Shown here: positions 53,314 to 63,916 of the stretch, one piece after another | How positions within the stretch are numbered: the stretch's first letter is position 1 | How the letters are laid out: the number at the start of each line of letters is the position of its first letter | Source: an uncultured virus (IMG/VR IMGVR_UViG_3300013005_004049) | Taxonomy: Duplodnaviria; Heunggongvirae; Uroviricota; Caudoviricetes | Virus record (IMG/VR): IMGVR_UViG_3300013005_004049 | Location: 1-64,000 of that record | Strand: one strand, 5' to 3' | DNA: 64,000 bases | The notes under the pieces: generated by a model | Seen by the model: only the letters and a program-made list of their open reading frames with translations | What the model was told of the DNA's origin: nothing | The model's database searches: none | Translations under genes and position numbers: made by a program

Positions 53314-54156
53314 TTACACTGTTTCTAGCATTTCTAGCAACTTGTGCCCATTTTTCAAATAGGGCAAATGATTATGAATCATCACACCCACTTGATTTTT
53401 GTGCTCTGGCTGATTGGCTTTGAGTTTTTGGATAGCCATCTGCAACAGATCTATGTGCTGTCTTTGCCATAGTGCATTGATAACATGATTCCATTTGTGT
53501 TCGTTCCAGTTGTTCCAGTCTAATCTTTCGCAATAGAATTCTGCTGTTTCTCTGCGTCCAAAGCCAAATATGTTCCAGATACCATGAATACCCATACTAT
53601 CATGATATTGACCTAGTTCATAGCTGAATCGCTGAGCCAATGGCGTTGGGGCAAATTTCATGCCATAACGACTTTCCAACAAGGGCCTGTGATCTTGCCC
53701 TAGACACTTGTCTTCGTTGATAAAACTGTATTTGGCCAACAGTTTGATTTCTGGATCCTGGCAGGCCTGTAGGAACGCAGCACTGCGCAAACTGAGTCCG
53801 CCGTTGCCAATGTTTTGACCTTCTGGTTCGTTGGGCCACGGAGCTCCAATATAGTCGTACTCTAAGAACTCTGGTAGCCAGCGATTGCTTTGATGTACCA
53901 TGCTGTCATATTGGATATACAAAGCATGTCCTTGTGTAACATGCTGAGCTACTCCTTTGAGCATGAGTTCATTGTATTGTCTAAAATTTCGCACTGGCTC
54001 ATGCGCAATAAATTTACTGCCAGGATAGAAATCCTGATCACTGATAACTATAACTTCTTTTACCGAGGGCAATAGTCTAAGTGTTGTGTCAAGAGCTCGC
54101 TTGGTAAGTTCATAATTAATGAACTCAATGGCCACTACGCTGATATCTAAAGTCAT
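53314..54156 (-). CDS. DUF5672-family glycosyltransferase-like protein
   Basis: QYDS, YDYIGAPW, GNGGLSLRS, NED. Confidence 0.8.
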   Translation of the reverse strand: MTLDISVVAIEFINYELTKRALDTTLRLLPSVKEVIVISDQDFYPGSKFIAHEPVRNFRQYNELMLKGVAQHVTQGHALYIQYDSMVHQSNRWLPEFLEYDYIGAPWPNEPEGQNIGNGGLSLRSAAFLQACQDPEIKLLAKYSFINEDKCLGQDHRPLLESRYGMKFAPTPLAQRFSYELGQYHDSMGIHGIWNIFGFGRRETAEFYCERLDWNNWNEHKWNHVINALWQRQHIDLLQMAIQKLKANQPEHKNQVGVMIHNHLPYLKNGHKLLEMLETV

Positions 54157-55016
54157 TTGAAAATTTGTAACACTTTATCTTTGTTAGGAAATTCTTCTTG
54201 AGACATCCATTCAATCATTTCTTCGCACACACTGCTTTGTTTGATCTTGTCTGCTTGAGTTTCCAATAGATCTAGATACCCAACTCCTGCCATACAAACC
54301 ACAGTGTGATGTGCTCTGTGAACTTCGTTCCAGGTATTTTCTGGTGCTCGTTGGATAAAATATTCAACGGTGTCTCTGGGCATGAACTGAACTATATTCC
54401 AAAATCCATGATGTGCCATGGCATCAAATCCATCTGGAGCAAGTTCAATAGAAAATTTATTAGCCACTGGTGCAGGTGCAAAAACCATGCCCTGACTTTC
54501 TAACCAAGGCCTATGCACAATAGCAATATAGTTGTCTTCTTGAACACCATGCTCACTGGTTGGATCTAATTGTATATGTGGTGCTTGCAGTGCTTGTAGT
54601 AGTCTACGACTGCGCAAACTAAATCCGCCGTTGCCAACATTCTCACCGTGAGGACGCCACGGCCAAACTGCACCAATGTAGTCATTTAACAAAAACCAAT
54701 CATGCCATCCATCACTTTTGTGAACCATGGCGTCCCATTGCTGAAATATCACATACTCAGTTTCAACATGTTCTAACATGCCTTTGAGCAGGAGATTGCA
54801 ATAGTTCAGCATATTGCCATGCGGAATTTTTACATGCTTGGAACCTGGTAGAAAATCTTTGTCACTGAATACCAGTGCATGCTTAAAAGGCACTCGACTC
54901 AGCGTTTCTTCCATGGCTCTTTTGGCCAAGTCATGATACATAGTTTCTATGGTCACAAGGGTAACATCATTCAAGGTACCACCTGATGGCCCAGATTTTG
55001 CATTGCTGATTGTCAT
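54153..55016 (-). CDS. DUF5672-family glycosyltransferase-like protein (tandem paralogue)
   Basis: QWDA, DYIGAVW, GNGGFSLRS, QED. Confidence 0.8.
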   Translation of the reverse strand: MTISNAKSGPSGGTLNDVTLVTIETMYHDLAKRAMEETLSRVPFKHALVFSDKDFLPGSKHVKIPHGNMLNYCNLLLKGMLEHVETEYVIFQQWDAMVHKSDGWHDWFLLNDYIGAVWPWRPHGENVGNGGFSLRSRRLLQALQAPHIQLDPTSEHGVQEDNYIAIVHRPWLESQGMVFAPAPVANKFSIELAPDGFDAMAHHGFWNIVQFMPRDTVEYFIQRAPENTWNEVHRAHHTVVCMAGVGYLDLLETQADKIKQSSVCEEMIEWMSQEEFPNKDKVLQIFK

Positions 55017-56248
55017 TGTATTTCTACTTTAGGAAAGTATTTGAGAAACTTGTCATTTGGATTCATTCGACGGCCAAGAATCTTCTTTTGAATGTCGTCA
55101 AAGTAATTCCAGGCCAGCGGAATAAACAGTATCTTGTCGCCGGGCTGATATTGATCCAAATGATCAATACTGACCACAGGTATGCTCATACCAGGCGAGT
55201 ACTTGCCCTGCTTGAGCTCATTGTCGTCAATGATAAAATCCAGTTTGATCTTGCTAAAATTTAGCAGAGTGTTGCCTTTGGCAGCAGCACCATACCCGCC
55301 GAGGATATAGCCCTTGCGTCTGTACAACTCAACAAATGTCTTTAGTTCATCAACCAAGCGTAGTGTATTAGCAGCCCAATGAGCGTAGGTATCGTCTGTG
55401 TACAACCCAATGGTATTTTCCATTGCAATAATGTTTTTCACACGCTCAGGACGAGGACGCTTGCTCAACACAAACACATAGCTGATGCCGTGGATGGGAG
55501 TTTTGATAGCGTCCACAAGATACAAACCGGATCGTTCGGCCAGAGCCTTCATGCTCTTGACATTGAAGAAACTGATGTGTTCGTGATAGATTGTGTCAAA
55601 TTCGTCATTTGGAACCATGTCAGCTTGACTGGTACTAACAAACATCAGGCTATTGCTATGCATAACATCTCGAACATTTTCCAGATAATTTACTAGATCA
55701 GGAATGTGTGCAAATGCATTTTGACTGGTTATGATATCTATTTTACCATTGGCAGCATGTACAACTTCTGTGGCAGTATCTTTGTTCCAGAAATCACACA
55801 CCACACGATGCCCGCTGCGTTGACTGACAGGAAACAAATTTTTAGCAGGGTCAACTCCGTAGGTTCTAAGGCCTTCGTCGATGAAAAAATTCAATTGACT
55901 GCCATCGTTACAGCCAATATCCAACACAGTTTCTGGATTATGACCGGCGTGTGAGCGATACAATTCCATGGCAAATTTAGCATACCAGTGCATGTAATGT
56001 AGATATGTTTTGCTGGTTCCACTCACATACAAATAATGCTCGTAGATCAGTTTAGGGTTCACTGCATGTGTGAGCTGTAGGTGATGGCAGTCTCGACACA
56101 TGTTCACAGCCAGCGGAAAATACGGCTCACTGTCGCCGGGCTCTTCCTTGAACGCATTGGCCAATGGCTGATCGTTTAAGTCCAGCATGAGCACTAGATT
56201 GTGTCCACCGCAGGCCAAACAAGAGTTTAATTGAGTAATATCATTCAT
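55013..56248 (-). CDS. NDP-hexose C-methyltransferase
   Basis: CLACG..QPLAN..CRDCHHLQL zinc domain, LDIGCNDG, FDTIYHEH, YGAAAKG. Confidence 0.88.
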   Translation of the reverse strand: MNDITQLNSCLACGGHNLVLMLDLNDQPLANAFKEEPGDSEPYFPLAVNMCRDCHHLQLTHAVNPKLIYEHYLYVSGTSKTYLHYMHWYAKFAMELYRSHAGHNPETVLDIGCNDGSQLNFFIDEGLRTYGVDPAKNLFPVSQRSGHRVVCDFWNKDTATEVVHAANGKIDIITSQNAFAHIPDLVNYLENVRDVMHSNSLMFVSTSQADMVPNDEFDTIYHEHISFFNVKSMKALAERSGLYLVDAIKTPIHGISYVFVLSKRPRPERVKNIIAMENTIGLYTDDTYAHWAANTLRLVDELKTFVELYRRKGYILGGYGAAAKGNTLLNFSKIKLDFIIDDNELKQGKYSPGMSIPVVSIDHLDQYQPGDKILFIPLAWNYFDDIQKKILGRRMNPNDKFLKYFPKVEIQ

Positions 56249-57167
56249 TGTCTAAGATCTTTTCTAGTGCGTTAAAGATTTTTTGATTGTCAAAACTTTT
56301 ACTACAGGCCCACTTAACTGCATTTTCGCAAACAAGTTCTCGCACCGGAGGTGTCTGTCTTGCATAACAACCTAAACATTCCACATCGCTGGTCACAACA
56401 GTAATATCTTTACCAAACTCACCGCTGCGTGTGGGCAGTATTTGCTCTGGCAACAGATGGCTGATCAATGCCACCATTGGTGTGCTAGTGGTGCCAGCAA
56501 TATGAAAAGGTCCACTGTCTGGTCCGACAAACGCACGAGCTTTGGAAATTAAATATTGAATTTCTCCAATACTTAATTGTTCAACCAGATCAATATAACG
56601 ATCTGGTTGTGGTGGCACACGAAAATCGTATTTGGCCCCAACTGCCACAACTTTCATGGTAGGATATTTTTCATGCAAGCGAGTGAACATTGAGCTCCAG
56701 ATTTCCAAATCAATGTTTTTGTTTTCCCAAGCCCAACGACGCATGTGTACCACAATGTAATCACTGTTGATTTCTTCAATCACTTGATCCACATTGGATT
56801 TTTCTTCATCTGTGGGAAATATCTCCGGAGAATGGTCAACTGCCAGGCCTTCTTGGCCAAATGCTCTGTACAAGTAACTGTCCACATAGTGACTGGTCAC
56901 TTGTTCTTCATAGGCATCATTGAGATTGACATACAAGTCCCAAGGATCTGCTTTTTGCATGTCGTCGGGTTTTACCACTTGACTCACATGAGGATTATTA
57001 TGCAATACATCAGGTTCTTCTGTAACCACTTGCAAAAAAGCATCAGGATGTCTACGACGCAGTTCTCGCAGCACAGGTGTGATCATGACTAGATCTCCAA
57101 GTGCTCTACGACGGTCAACCAGAATTCTAGTTTGGTGACCTCCTTTGTATTCTGTTTTAGCGTACAT
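56241..57167 (-). CDS. GT9 (heptosyltransferase-like) glycosyltransferase
   Basis: ALGDLVMITP, NNPH, FVGPDSGPFHIA. Confidence 0.85.
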   Translation of the reverse strand: MYAKTEYKGGHQTRILVDRRRALGDLVMITPVLRELRRRHPDAFLQVVTEEPDVLHNNPHVSQVVKPDDMQKADPWDLYVNLNDAYEEQVTSHYVDSYLYRAFGQEGLAVDHSPEIFPTDEEKSNVDQVIEEINSDYIVVHMRRWAWENKNIDLEIWSSMFTRLHEKYPTMKVVAVGAKYDFRVPPQPDRYIDLVEQLSIGEIQYLISKARAFVGPDSGPFHIAGTTSTPMVALISHLLPEQILPTRSGEFGKDITVVTSDVECLGCYARQTPPVRELVCENAVKWACSKSFDNQKIFNALEKILDNE

Positions 57168-57870
57168 ATTCGCTTTCTGGATAGTTGTTTTCAAAATGCC
57201 AACCCGGAGTTTGTTTGCCCGGAGTGTTGGCTATTTCAAACCAAGTTGGGTTAGCACTGCCAATCCAGGCTTCATGGTCGTAACGGAAATTACCGCCATC
57301 TAGCACTGCTCCGGTGAGCTTGCTAGGAGTGCCCCATGCATACTGCTCTGGAGAAGTTAGAGCAGTGAGTTTTTTGATATAACTGCTCTTGCTCCACCAA
57401 AAATTACCTGAACTGTGCAACCACGGTTGTTCAATGACATTGGTACCCACTAGGTCGTAGCCACTGTCTAGTTTTTCAACACAGGTACGCCAATTGTCAA
57501 TCATCCAGTATTCCATAAAGTTGCGCCAGTCTGTAACGCGGCCGTCGCCCAGCCTACTGAGTCCTTTAAGGTGGAAGTAGAATATATTGTACTCCTCATC
57601 AGCAGCATCACAGTTGCGCTTGACTAGATCCAGTGTAGGATATTCCCACAAATCTGTTCTGTTGCTGGTATGAATAAATTTTATATTTCTTTCATTGGCC
57701 AGCACATTCTGTGCATCAATAAAATTAAGCTCGTTGCCATTGGTGCACAAAAATACAGTTTCTGCTGTTTCTAACAACTCATGCTCGCTGAGTCTAGTCA
57801 ACTGCTCACTCATGAGTTCATGTGCTCCTGGCAAATCGTTTAGGTGCATAAAAATTTTAATCTTGTTCAT
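57157..57870 (-). CDS. Glycosyltransferase-like hypothetical protein
   Basis: EYPTL, YFHLKG, WRNFMEY, SGNFWW. Confidence 0.55.
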   Translation of the reverse strand: MNKIKIFMHLNDLPGAHELMSEQLTRLSEHELLETAETVFLCTNGNELNFIDAQNVLANERNIKFIHTSNRTDLWEYPTLDLVKRNCDAADEEYNIFYFHLKGLSRLGDGRVTDWRNFMEYWMIDNWRTCVEKLDSGYDLVGTNVIEQPWLHSSGNFWWSKSSYIKKLTALTSPEQYAWGTPSKLTGAVLDGGNFRYDHEAWIGSANPTWFEIANTPGKQTPGWHFENNYPESEYVR

Positions 57871-58661
57871 TTTAGTCCTTTATAAACACTTTCAGCTGTG
57901 GCCACTTGGCTACGCTTTTTAATAAGTTCCATGATTTCTGGATTATCTTTTTGATCTTCTCGAGGTACGAATAGTGCTTTGCCTCGATCGCTAGCATCCG
58001 CAGCTGGATCCGTGACATAGTAAACGGCAAGGCTTTGACGCATGACCCCTGCTGGACAAACAAGGTCCTTGGGTAAGCCATGCCACGAATATTGAGTCGT
58101 GTCAAAGAGCACTGCACGGTTGAATCGATTTTCAACTGTGGTGACCAACTCTTTGGCTCTTGCTGTTTCTGAATCATGACTCCATAACTCCAACCCACCT
58201 CCCCAGTCCGCACTCCAATCAGGTGTAATGTACACAATTAGATTGTAATGTCTTTCTAATTTTAACTTAGGATGTATGCTGTAGTCAAGATGTATATTCA
58301 ACTTTCCGGCCTGGGTATGAGCATGCCATCCGCCGCCGTGTAGTCCTACATCTGCCTTGACTTCTGTGTTGCCTGTGATTTTGCTCACTATGGTTTCGAA
58401 CGCTGTGCTGCACAGATAATGCAAAACAGAGTAAGTGGTAGCAGGAAACTTATCCCAATGATTACAGGCTTTTTTGTTTTCTATGGGATTGTTGTAGTGT
58501 GCATTCCAAACAGGGCTGTCATAATCTGGAAATTCTTTTACCAATTGCTGAACTGTTTCTTGTGTAAAGAAATTGTCCATGACAATATAATTAAACGGCT
58601 TGTTGGCAAGAAACTGTGTTTGTAGTGCTTGCCAATCTCGTTGAGTCAGAATATTATCCAT
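57867..58661 (-). CDS. 2OG-Fe(II) oxygenase
   Basis: LHGGG, IHLD, GGGLELW, FNRAVLF, SWHG, RQSLA. Confidence 0.88.
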   Translation of the reverse strand: MDNILTQRDWQALQTQFLANKPFNYIVMDNFFTQETVQQLVKEFPDYDSPVWNAHYNNPIENKKACNHWDKFPATTYSVLHYLCSTAFETIVSKITGNTEVKADVGLHGGGWHAHTQAGKLNIHLDYSIHPKLKLERHYNLIVYITPDWSADWGGGLELWSHDSETARAKELVTTVENRFNRAVLFDTTQYSWHGLPKDLVCPAGVMRQSLAVYYVTDPAADASDRGKALFVPREDQKDNPEIMELIKKRSQVATAESVYKGLK

Positions 58662-58668
58662 GCTTTCC

Positions 58669-59394
58669 TTAGTTCACAATTGGAATTCCATTTGGAGCGA
58701 TGTTTCCGTAAACACCCACTTGGTCAACTTCGTACACATGCTGTTTGGGAATAGCGTGGTATAGGCAGTGTTCAATGTCAGCATATCCGCCCATGCTCAT
58801 GCGTTGTTTCATGTAGTCGCGCCCGGTTTCGTACCAGGCAATCATGTCTGCATGCATGGCTTTGGGCCAGCTGAGTAATCTGCACATGTACTGCATGTTC
58901 AACCCAGTTACTTCAATTGGAAACTGACTGGCCACACTCTTGCCAATTACCACCTTGTCTTTTACTTGTGGTTGATTGTAAAAGTCAATGTCAAATTTCT
59001 CATTGAGCAGATATCTTCCACTCATTTTGAAAATTCTATCTTGATCATCAATTTCGCCAGCATCCTGTAGCGTTCTAAGACTGATAGGAAAAGTAGTTAG
59101 CTCGGTTAGATTCTTTACAACATCCCAATTGTTGTACCAACTTGGATTGTTGTAAATGTAGTTCACTTCGCTGTTGGTAGTGAAATCAATGTACAAATCA
59201 GCAGCGTCCATGAGTGCTGTTTCCACAGTTGAATGAACACCAGCGCCACTTACTTCATTGACTACAATTTTACAGCCCGGCACACGCTCGCGAAGGCATG
59301 CAATGGTATCCAGCGTCATGTCGCGACGCTGTTCCCAGGTATAGATACCAAAGCGAGTGTGTACTGCTGATGTTACAATAAAAGTTGTTTTCAT
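58669..59394 (-). CDS. Hypothetical protein of the glycan cluster
   Basis: FIVTS, FKMSGRY, DIEH. Confidence 0.6.
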   Translation of the reverse strand: MKTTFIVTSAVHTRFGIYTWEQRRDMTLDTIACLRERVPGCKIVVNEVSGAGVHSTVETALMDAADLYIDFTTNSEVNYIYNNPSWYNNWDVVKNLTELTTFPISLRTLQDAGEIDDQDRIFKMSGRYLLNEKFDIDFYNQPQVKDKVVIGKSVASQFPIEVTGLNMQYMCRLLSWPKAMHADMIAWYETGRDYMKQRMSMGGYADIEHCLYHAIPKQHVYEVDQVGVYGNIAPNGIPIVN

Positions 59395-60422
59395 TTGCGC
59401 AACCAACGATCGTTGATCAGGGTCCAGTCCACTACTTCTTTCACACGCTCAGACAGTTTGATCTTGGGAATCCATCCCAGACTTTCTAGTAGGCCACCGT
59501 CCAGTGCATAGCGCAGATCATGTCCCGGGCGTGAGCTGTGGAAATCAACCATTTCATACTTGAGCTCTTTGCCTTGTGCTCGTGCAATAATGTGTGCCAA
59601 CTCAAGGTTGTCAATTTCTTCTGGACCAACCAAGTTAAACTTGGGACACTTGGCACCGCCGTAGTCGCTTTCGTGCTTGTAGTTTTGCAGTTTTTCCAAA
59701 ACAAACATCAGGCCATCAGCCACATCTTTGGCATGAATGTAGTGCCGTGATCCTGCTTGTGTTTTGGTTGGGTCGCTGTGTACAGTAACCACTTCGCCAT
59801 CACGCACTTTTTGGATCACCATGGGAATGTATTTTTCCGGATGCTGGCGCTCGCCAAACACATTCATGGTATGTGTGACCACAATAGGCATCTTGTAGGT
59901 GTTTTCAAATGCCACACACAGTTCTTCTGCAGCCGCTTTACTCGCTGAATACGGATTGGTTGAATTGTACCGATCGTACTCTTTGTAGTTCACGCCAGGA
60001 GGTGCTGGACCAAACACTTCGTCAGTTGAGAAGTTGATAAATCGTTCTAGATTGGGCAGGGTTCTAGCCCACTGTAGCAGGTTAACTGTGCCTACCACAT
60101 TGTCCATAACAAACTCCATTGGGTACTCAATGGAACGATCCACATGTGACCCTGCGGCAAGATGCAGTACATAGTGAATGTCTCCAATCATGCCTGATGT
60201 GAGTGGACTAATTTCTGCTTTGAGATCATGGAACACTGGCTTGACCCGTTTACGAATTTCTGGTGCATGATCCTGCATCATGTCTGCCAGACGATTTAGG
60301 TTTCCACTGAAATCCAATCGATCCAGTGTGACTATGTTCCAGTCAGTTGTGCGTAGAATGCGATCAATAATATGATGCGCAATGAAACCGGCGCCGCCGG
60401 TTATGAGGACATTTTTACTCAA
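59391..60422 (-). CDS. rfbB: dTDP-glucose 4,6-dehydratase-like SDR
   Basis: TGGAGFIA, AAGSHVDRS, STDEV, YSASK, RPGHDLRY; probable TTG start after GGAG. Confidence 0.88.
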   Translation of the reverse strand: MSKNVLITGGAGFIAHHIIDRILRTTDWNIVTLDRLDFSGNLNRLADMMQDHAPEIRKRVKPVFHDLKAEISPLTSGMIGDIHYVLHLAAGSHVDRSIEYPMEFVMDNVVGTVNLLQWARTLPNLERFINFSTDEVFGPAPPGVNYKEYDRYNSTNPYSASKAAAEELCVAFENTYKMPIVVTHTMNVFGERQHPEKYIPMVIQKVRDGEVVTVHSDPTKTQAGSRHYIHAKDVADGLMFVLEKLQNYKHESDYGGAKCPKFNLVGPEEIDNLELAHIIARAQGKELKYEMVDFHSSRPGHDLRYALDGGLLESLGWIPKIKLSERVKEVVDWTLINDRWLRK

Positions 60423-60451
60423 TTTGATTCTCCAAAGATCATTGATGCTAT

Positions 60452-60524
60452 TATTTATAGTTGGCATTTTGAGCCAGTGTGTTTTTTAATACGCCTTGCT
60501 CTGTACTATTAAATATCGTATACT
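60452..60524. promoter_or_regulatory. Divergent promoters: late TATAAATA (minus, 60459-60452) and plus-strand TTGCTC-17-TATACT with embedded TAAATA
   Basis: Motifs read directly between rfbB and gmd. Confidence 0.6.
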
Positions 60525-60555
60525 CTACTATAGATTATTTTTCAATGGAGATCAA

Positions 60556-61578
60556 GTGAAAAAGGCACTCATCACAGGTATCACTGGCCAAGACGGCTCT
60601 TACCTAGCAGAACTACTGTTAGAAAAAGGCTACGAAGTTCATGGACTGGTGCGCCGCAATTCAAATTTTGAAATCATTCCCAACATACAACATATCCGTA
60701 ATCAAATAACTTTGCACTACGGTGATCTAACTGACAGTGGTAATCTTCGTAACATCATGCTGCGAGTACGCCCAGACGAAGTTTATAACTTGGCTGCACA
60801 GAGTCATGTGCATGTGAGTTTTGATGTGCCAGAGTTCACAGCTGAAACAAACGCAGTTGGTGTGCTCAACATGCTAGAAGCTGTGCGAGCACTACACGCA
60901 GAACAGCCTGTGCGCTTTTATCAGGCCAGCACCAGTGAGATGTTTGGCAAAGTTCAGGAAACTCCGCAGAAAGAAACCACACCGTTTTATCCAAGATCAC
61001 CGTATGGAGTGGCCAAGGTGTATGGCTACTGGATCACCATAAACTATCGTGAAAGCTACGGATTGCATGCCAGCAACGGCATACTGTTCAATCACGAAAG
61101 TCCTCGCCGAGGCGAAACTTTTGTAACTAGAAAAATCACCAAAGGCATCGCACAGATAGTTGCAGGCAAACAAAAAGAGTCCATTAAATTGGGCAATCTT
61201 GATGCTGTACGAGACTGGGGTCATGCTCGCGACTTTGTGGAAGGCATGTGGCTGATGCTGCAACAGGACCAGCCCGGAGACTATGTGTTGGCCACTGGCG
61301 AAGGATACACTGTGCGGGATTTTATCAACATGGCCATGGTAGCCAACAATATCAGTTTTGCCTGGTTTGGTAACGGCATCAATGAAAAAGCCATTGATTT
61401 GGTCACAGGCAAGGTGTTTATTGAAGTAGATGAAAAACTGTATCGTCCTGCAGAAGTAAGCGTGTTGTGCGGTGACAGCAGCAAGGCTCAGCAGCAGTTG
61501 GGGTGGTCAAGAAAATATGACATCGAAGGCCTAATCCGAGACATGGTAGCACATGATCGCGCAGAGGCAGGCCTATGA
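60556..61578 (+). CDS. gmd: GDP-mannose 4,6-dehydratase
   Basis: [46 protein letters not shown] start after GGAG. Confidence 0.96.
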   Translation: MKKALITGITGQDGSYLAELLLEKGYEVHGLVRRNSNFEIIPNIQHIRNQITLHYGDLTDSGNLRNIMLRVRPDEVYNLAAQSHVHVSFDVPEFTAETNAVGVLNMLEAVRALHAEQPVRFYQASTSEMFGKVQETPQKETTPFYPRSPYGVAKVYGYWITINYRESYGLHASNGILFNHESPRRGETFVTRKITKGIAQIVAGKQKESIKLGNLDAVRDWGHARDFVEGMWLMLQQDQPGDYVLATGEGYTVRDFINMAMVANNISFAWFGNGINEKAIDLVTGKVFIEVDEKLYRPAEVSVLCGDSSKAQQQLGWSRKYDIEGLIRDMVAHDRAEAGL

Positions 61579-62342
61579 AAGTAGTGATTGCCACTGGTGG
61601 CTTTGACCCCATACATTCAGGACACATTGCATATTTTGAAGCAGCAGCCGTACTAGGTGATATTCTATTGGTTGGATTGAACAGTGACGCATGGCTGCGC
61701 CGCAAAAAAGGGCGTGCATTCATGCCCTATGCAGAACGCAGTGCAATTATAAAGAACCTGCGCATGGTTCATCAGGTGTTGGAACTACAAGACGACGACG
61801 GGTCTGGTGCCGACGGCATCCGGCAAGCTCGTGCGCTGTACCCAGACGCAGAGATCGTGTTTGCCAATGGCGGTGACCGCAATGCCAGTAACATTCCCGA
61901 AATGGAAATTTTTGCCGATGATGCTAAATTGCATTTTGAATTCAGTGTGGGCGGTGACTGGAAACAAAACAGCAGTCGCTGGATCCTGGATGAGTGGAAG
62001 GCTCCTCGCACAGAAAAACCCTGGGGAGAATACCGACTGTTACACGACTATGGCCCAGAAGCCAAACTCAAAGAACTCACAGTTGATCCAGGCCAAAGCC
62101 TGAGCATGCAACGACATAGCAAGCGTTCGGAGTTCTGGTTTGTTGCAGAAGGGCAAGCAACAGTGTACACTCTTAATCGCAAAACAGATGCAGAACTAGT
62201 GGGTGTGTTTGGTAAACATCAACATATCTGGATCAGTCGAGGTGAATGGCACCAGTTGGCCAACGAAACTGATCAACCACTACAACTGGTAGAAATACAG
62301 TACGGCGAAGACTGTATTGAAGAAGATATTGAAAGGAAATAA
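61575..62342 (+). CDS. Cytidylyltransferase fused to a mannose-6-phosphate-isomerase-type cupin
   Basis: [46 protein letters not shown]. Confidence 0.85.
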   Translation: MKVVIATGGFDPIHSGHIAYFEAAAVLGDILLVGLNSDAWLRRKKGRAFMPYAERSAIIKNLRMVHQVLELQDDDGSGADGIRQARALYPDAEIVFANGGDRNASNIPEMEIFADDAKLHFEFSVGGDWKQNSSRWILDEWKAPRTEKPWGEYRLLHDYGPEAKLKELTVDPGQSLSMQRHSKRSEFWFVAEGQATVYTLNRKTDAELVGVFGKHQHIWISRGEWHQLANETDQPLQLVEIQYGEDCIEEDIERK

Positions 62343-63509
62343 ATGACTCAATTACGCTGGCCCTTGATGAAGAATGCTGTTACCTGGGGCGACAAATATC
62401 AAATGGTAAAATTCTTGCTCACTAGTGATCGCTACACCAATGGACCACGAGTGCGAGAGTTTGAAGCACAATGGGCAGACTGGGTTGGCAGCAAACACGC
62501 ACTCATGGTAAGTTCTGGTTCAACTGCCAATAGTTTGCTGGTCGCGGCTGTTAAAGAAAAACACGGATTAAAAGACGGCGACAAATGTCTAGTACCAGCT
62601 TGTACCTGGGTCACCAACATCAGTCCTGTGTTTCAACTGGGCTTCAATCCCATCTTCTGCGATGTTAATCTAAAGAATTTTAGTTTTGACTTAGAACACA
62701 TGAAAGCAATTGCAGCAAAGCATCCAGATATAAAACTAATTTTTGTAACTCACCTGCTTGGCTTTCCAGCCGACACTCGTGAGTACCAAAAAATATTTCC
62801 TAACGCTATTATAATTGATGATGTTTGCGAAAGTCACGGTTGTTTAGATGACGATGGCAATAGAGTTGGCGCTAATAGTGTTGCTGCTAGTTTTAGTTTT
62901 TACTTTGGTCATCACATGACCACTATAGAAGGTGGCATGGTAAACACCAATGACAGCGATTTGTACGAACTCATGCGTATGAAACGCAGTCACGGACTGG
63001 CTCGTGAAAGTGGTAATTTGAAAAAGTATGCTGATCAGTATCCAGAAATACACAGCCAATTTCTGTTTATGACAGATGGTTACAATTTCCGCAGCAGCGA
63101 TTTTAATGCTGTACTAGGCATGAGTCAACTCAAACGACTGGACAGTATGATTGAACAGCGCCGTAAAAACTTCGAACAGTTTGTGCATATCATGAATGCA
63201 CATCAAGACAAGTTTTATCCTGTGTACAATGACATTGGCAACAGCAACTTTGCGTTTCCTTTTATTTGTAAAGATCCTGCGTTGACCAAACGCATTAAAG
63301 AAACTTTTGAAAAAAATGGTGTAGAACATCGTCCTATTGTGGGCGGCAACTTGTTGCGTCAGCCGTTTCTTAAAGGTTACAAGTTCGGCGTGCCTAAGAA
63401 AAACAGCAATGTGGATTTGCTCAATGACAACGGTGTGTACATTGGCAACAGTCATTTTGTTGACGGGGAAGACATGGAATGGCTAGCAAACACTTTAGAA
63501 AGCATGTAA
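62343..63509 (+). CDS. DegT-family PLP enzyme, ColD/E1-type 3-dehydratase
   Basis: SSGSTAN, DVCES, SFYFGHHMTTIEGG with His at the Schiff-base Lys position. Confidence 0.85.
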   Translation: MTQLRWPLMKNAVTWGDKYQMVKFLLTSDRYTNGPRVREFEAQWADWVGSKHALMVSSGSTANSLLVAAVKEKHGLKDGDKCLVPACTWVTNISPVFQLGFNPIFCDVNLKNFSFDLEHMKAIAAKHPDIKLIFVTHLLGFPADTREYQKIFPNAIIIDDVCESHGCLDDDGNRVGANSVAASFSFYFGHHMTTIEGGMVNTNDSDLYELMRMKRSHGLARESGNLKKYADQYPEIHSQFLFMTDGYNFRSSDFNAVLGMSQLKRLDSMIEQRRKNFEQFVHIMNAHQDKFYPVYNDIGNSNFAFPFICKDPALTKRIKETFEKNGVEHRPIVGGNLLRQPFLKGYKFGVPKKNSNVDLLNDNGVYIGNSHFVDGEDMEWLANTLESM

Positions 63510-63916
63510 TGGAAAAAACCAATCAACTTATGGCACCTATTAGTGTGGGTGAACTCTACGACAAGATCAGTATTTTGGAAATCAAGCTCATGCATGTGGG
63601 CGACAATAGTGCCAAGCGAGTCAACATTGATACAGAACTGGTAGAACTCAAAGAGATTCGTCGCTGCCTTAAACTACCAGATAGTCTAAACAAACGAGCC
63701 GAGCTTGAATCCATTTACGAAGATCTAAAGAAAACCAACCTGGCCATATGGAAAATTGAAGACAATATCCGCAAATGCGAAAAAGATCAAAACTTCGATA
63801 TGACTTTTATTGCATTTGCCAGACAGATATATATTAACAACGACCTAAGAGCTGAAATCAAACGCAAGATAAATGAATTCATGCACAGTCATATCATTGA
63901 AGAAAAAATTTACTAA
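63509..63916 (+). CDS. DUF6165-like protein
   Basis: PISVGELYDKISILEIK, NDLRAEIKRKIN. Confidence 0.75.
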   Translation: MEKTNQLMAPISVGELYDKISILEIKLMHVGDNSAKRVNIDTELVELKEIRRCLKLPDSLNKRAELESIYEDLKKTNLAIWKIEDNIRKCEKDQNFDMTFIAFARQIYINNDLRAEIKRKINEFMHSHIIEEKIY

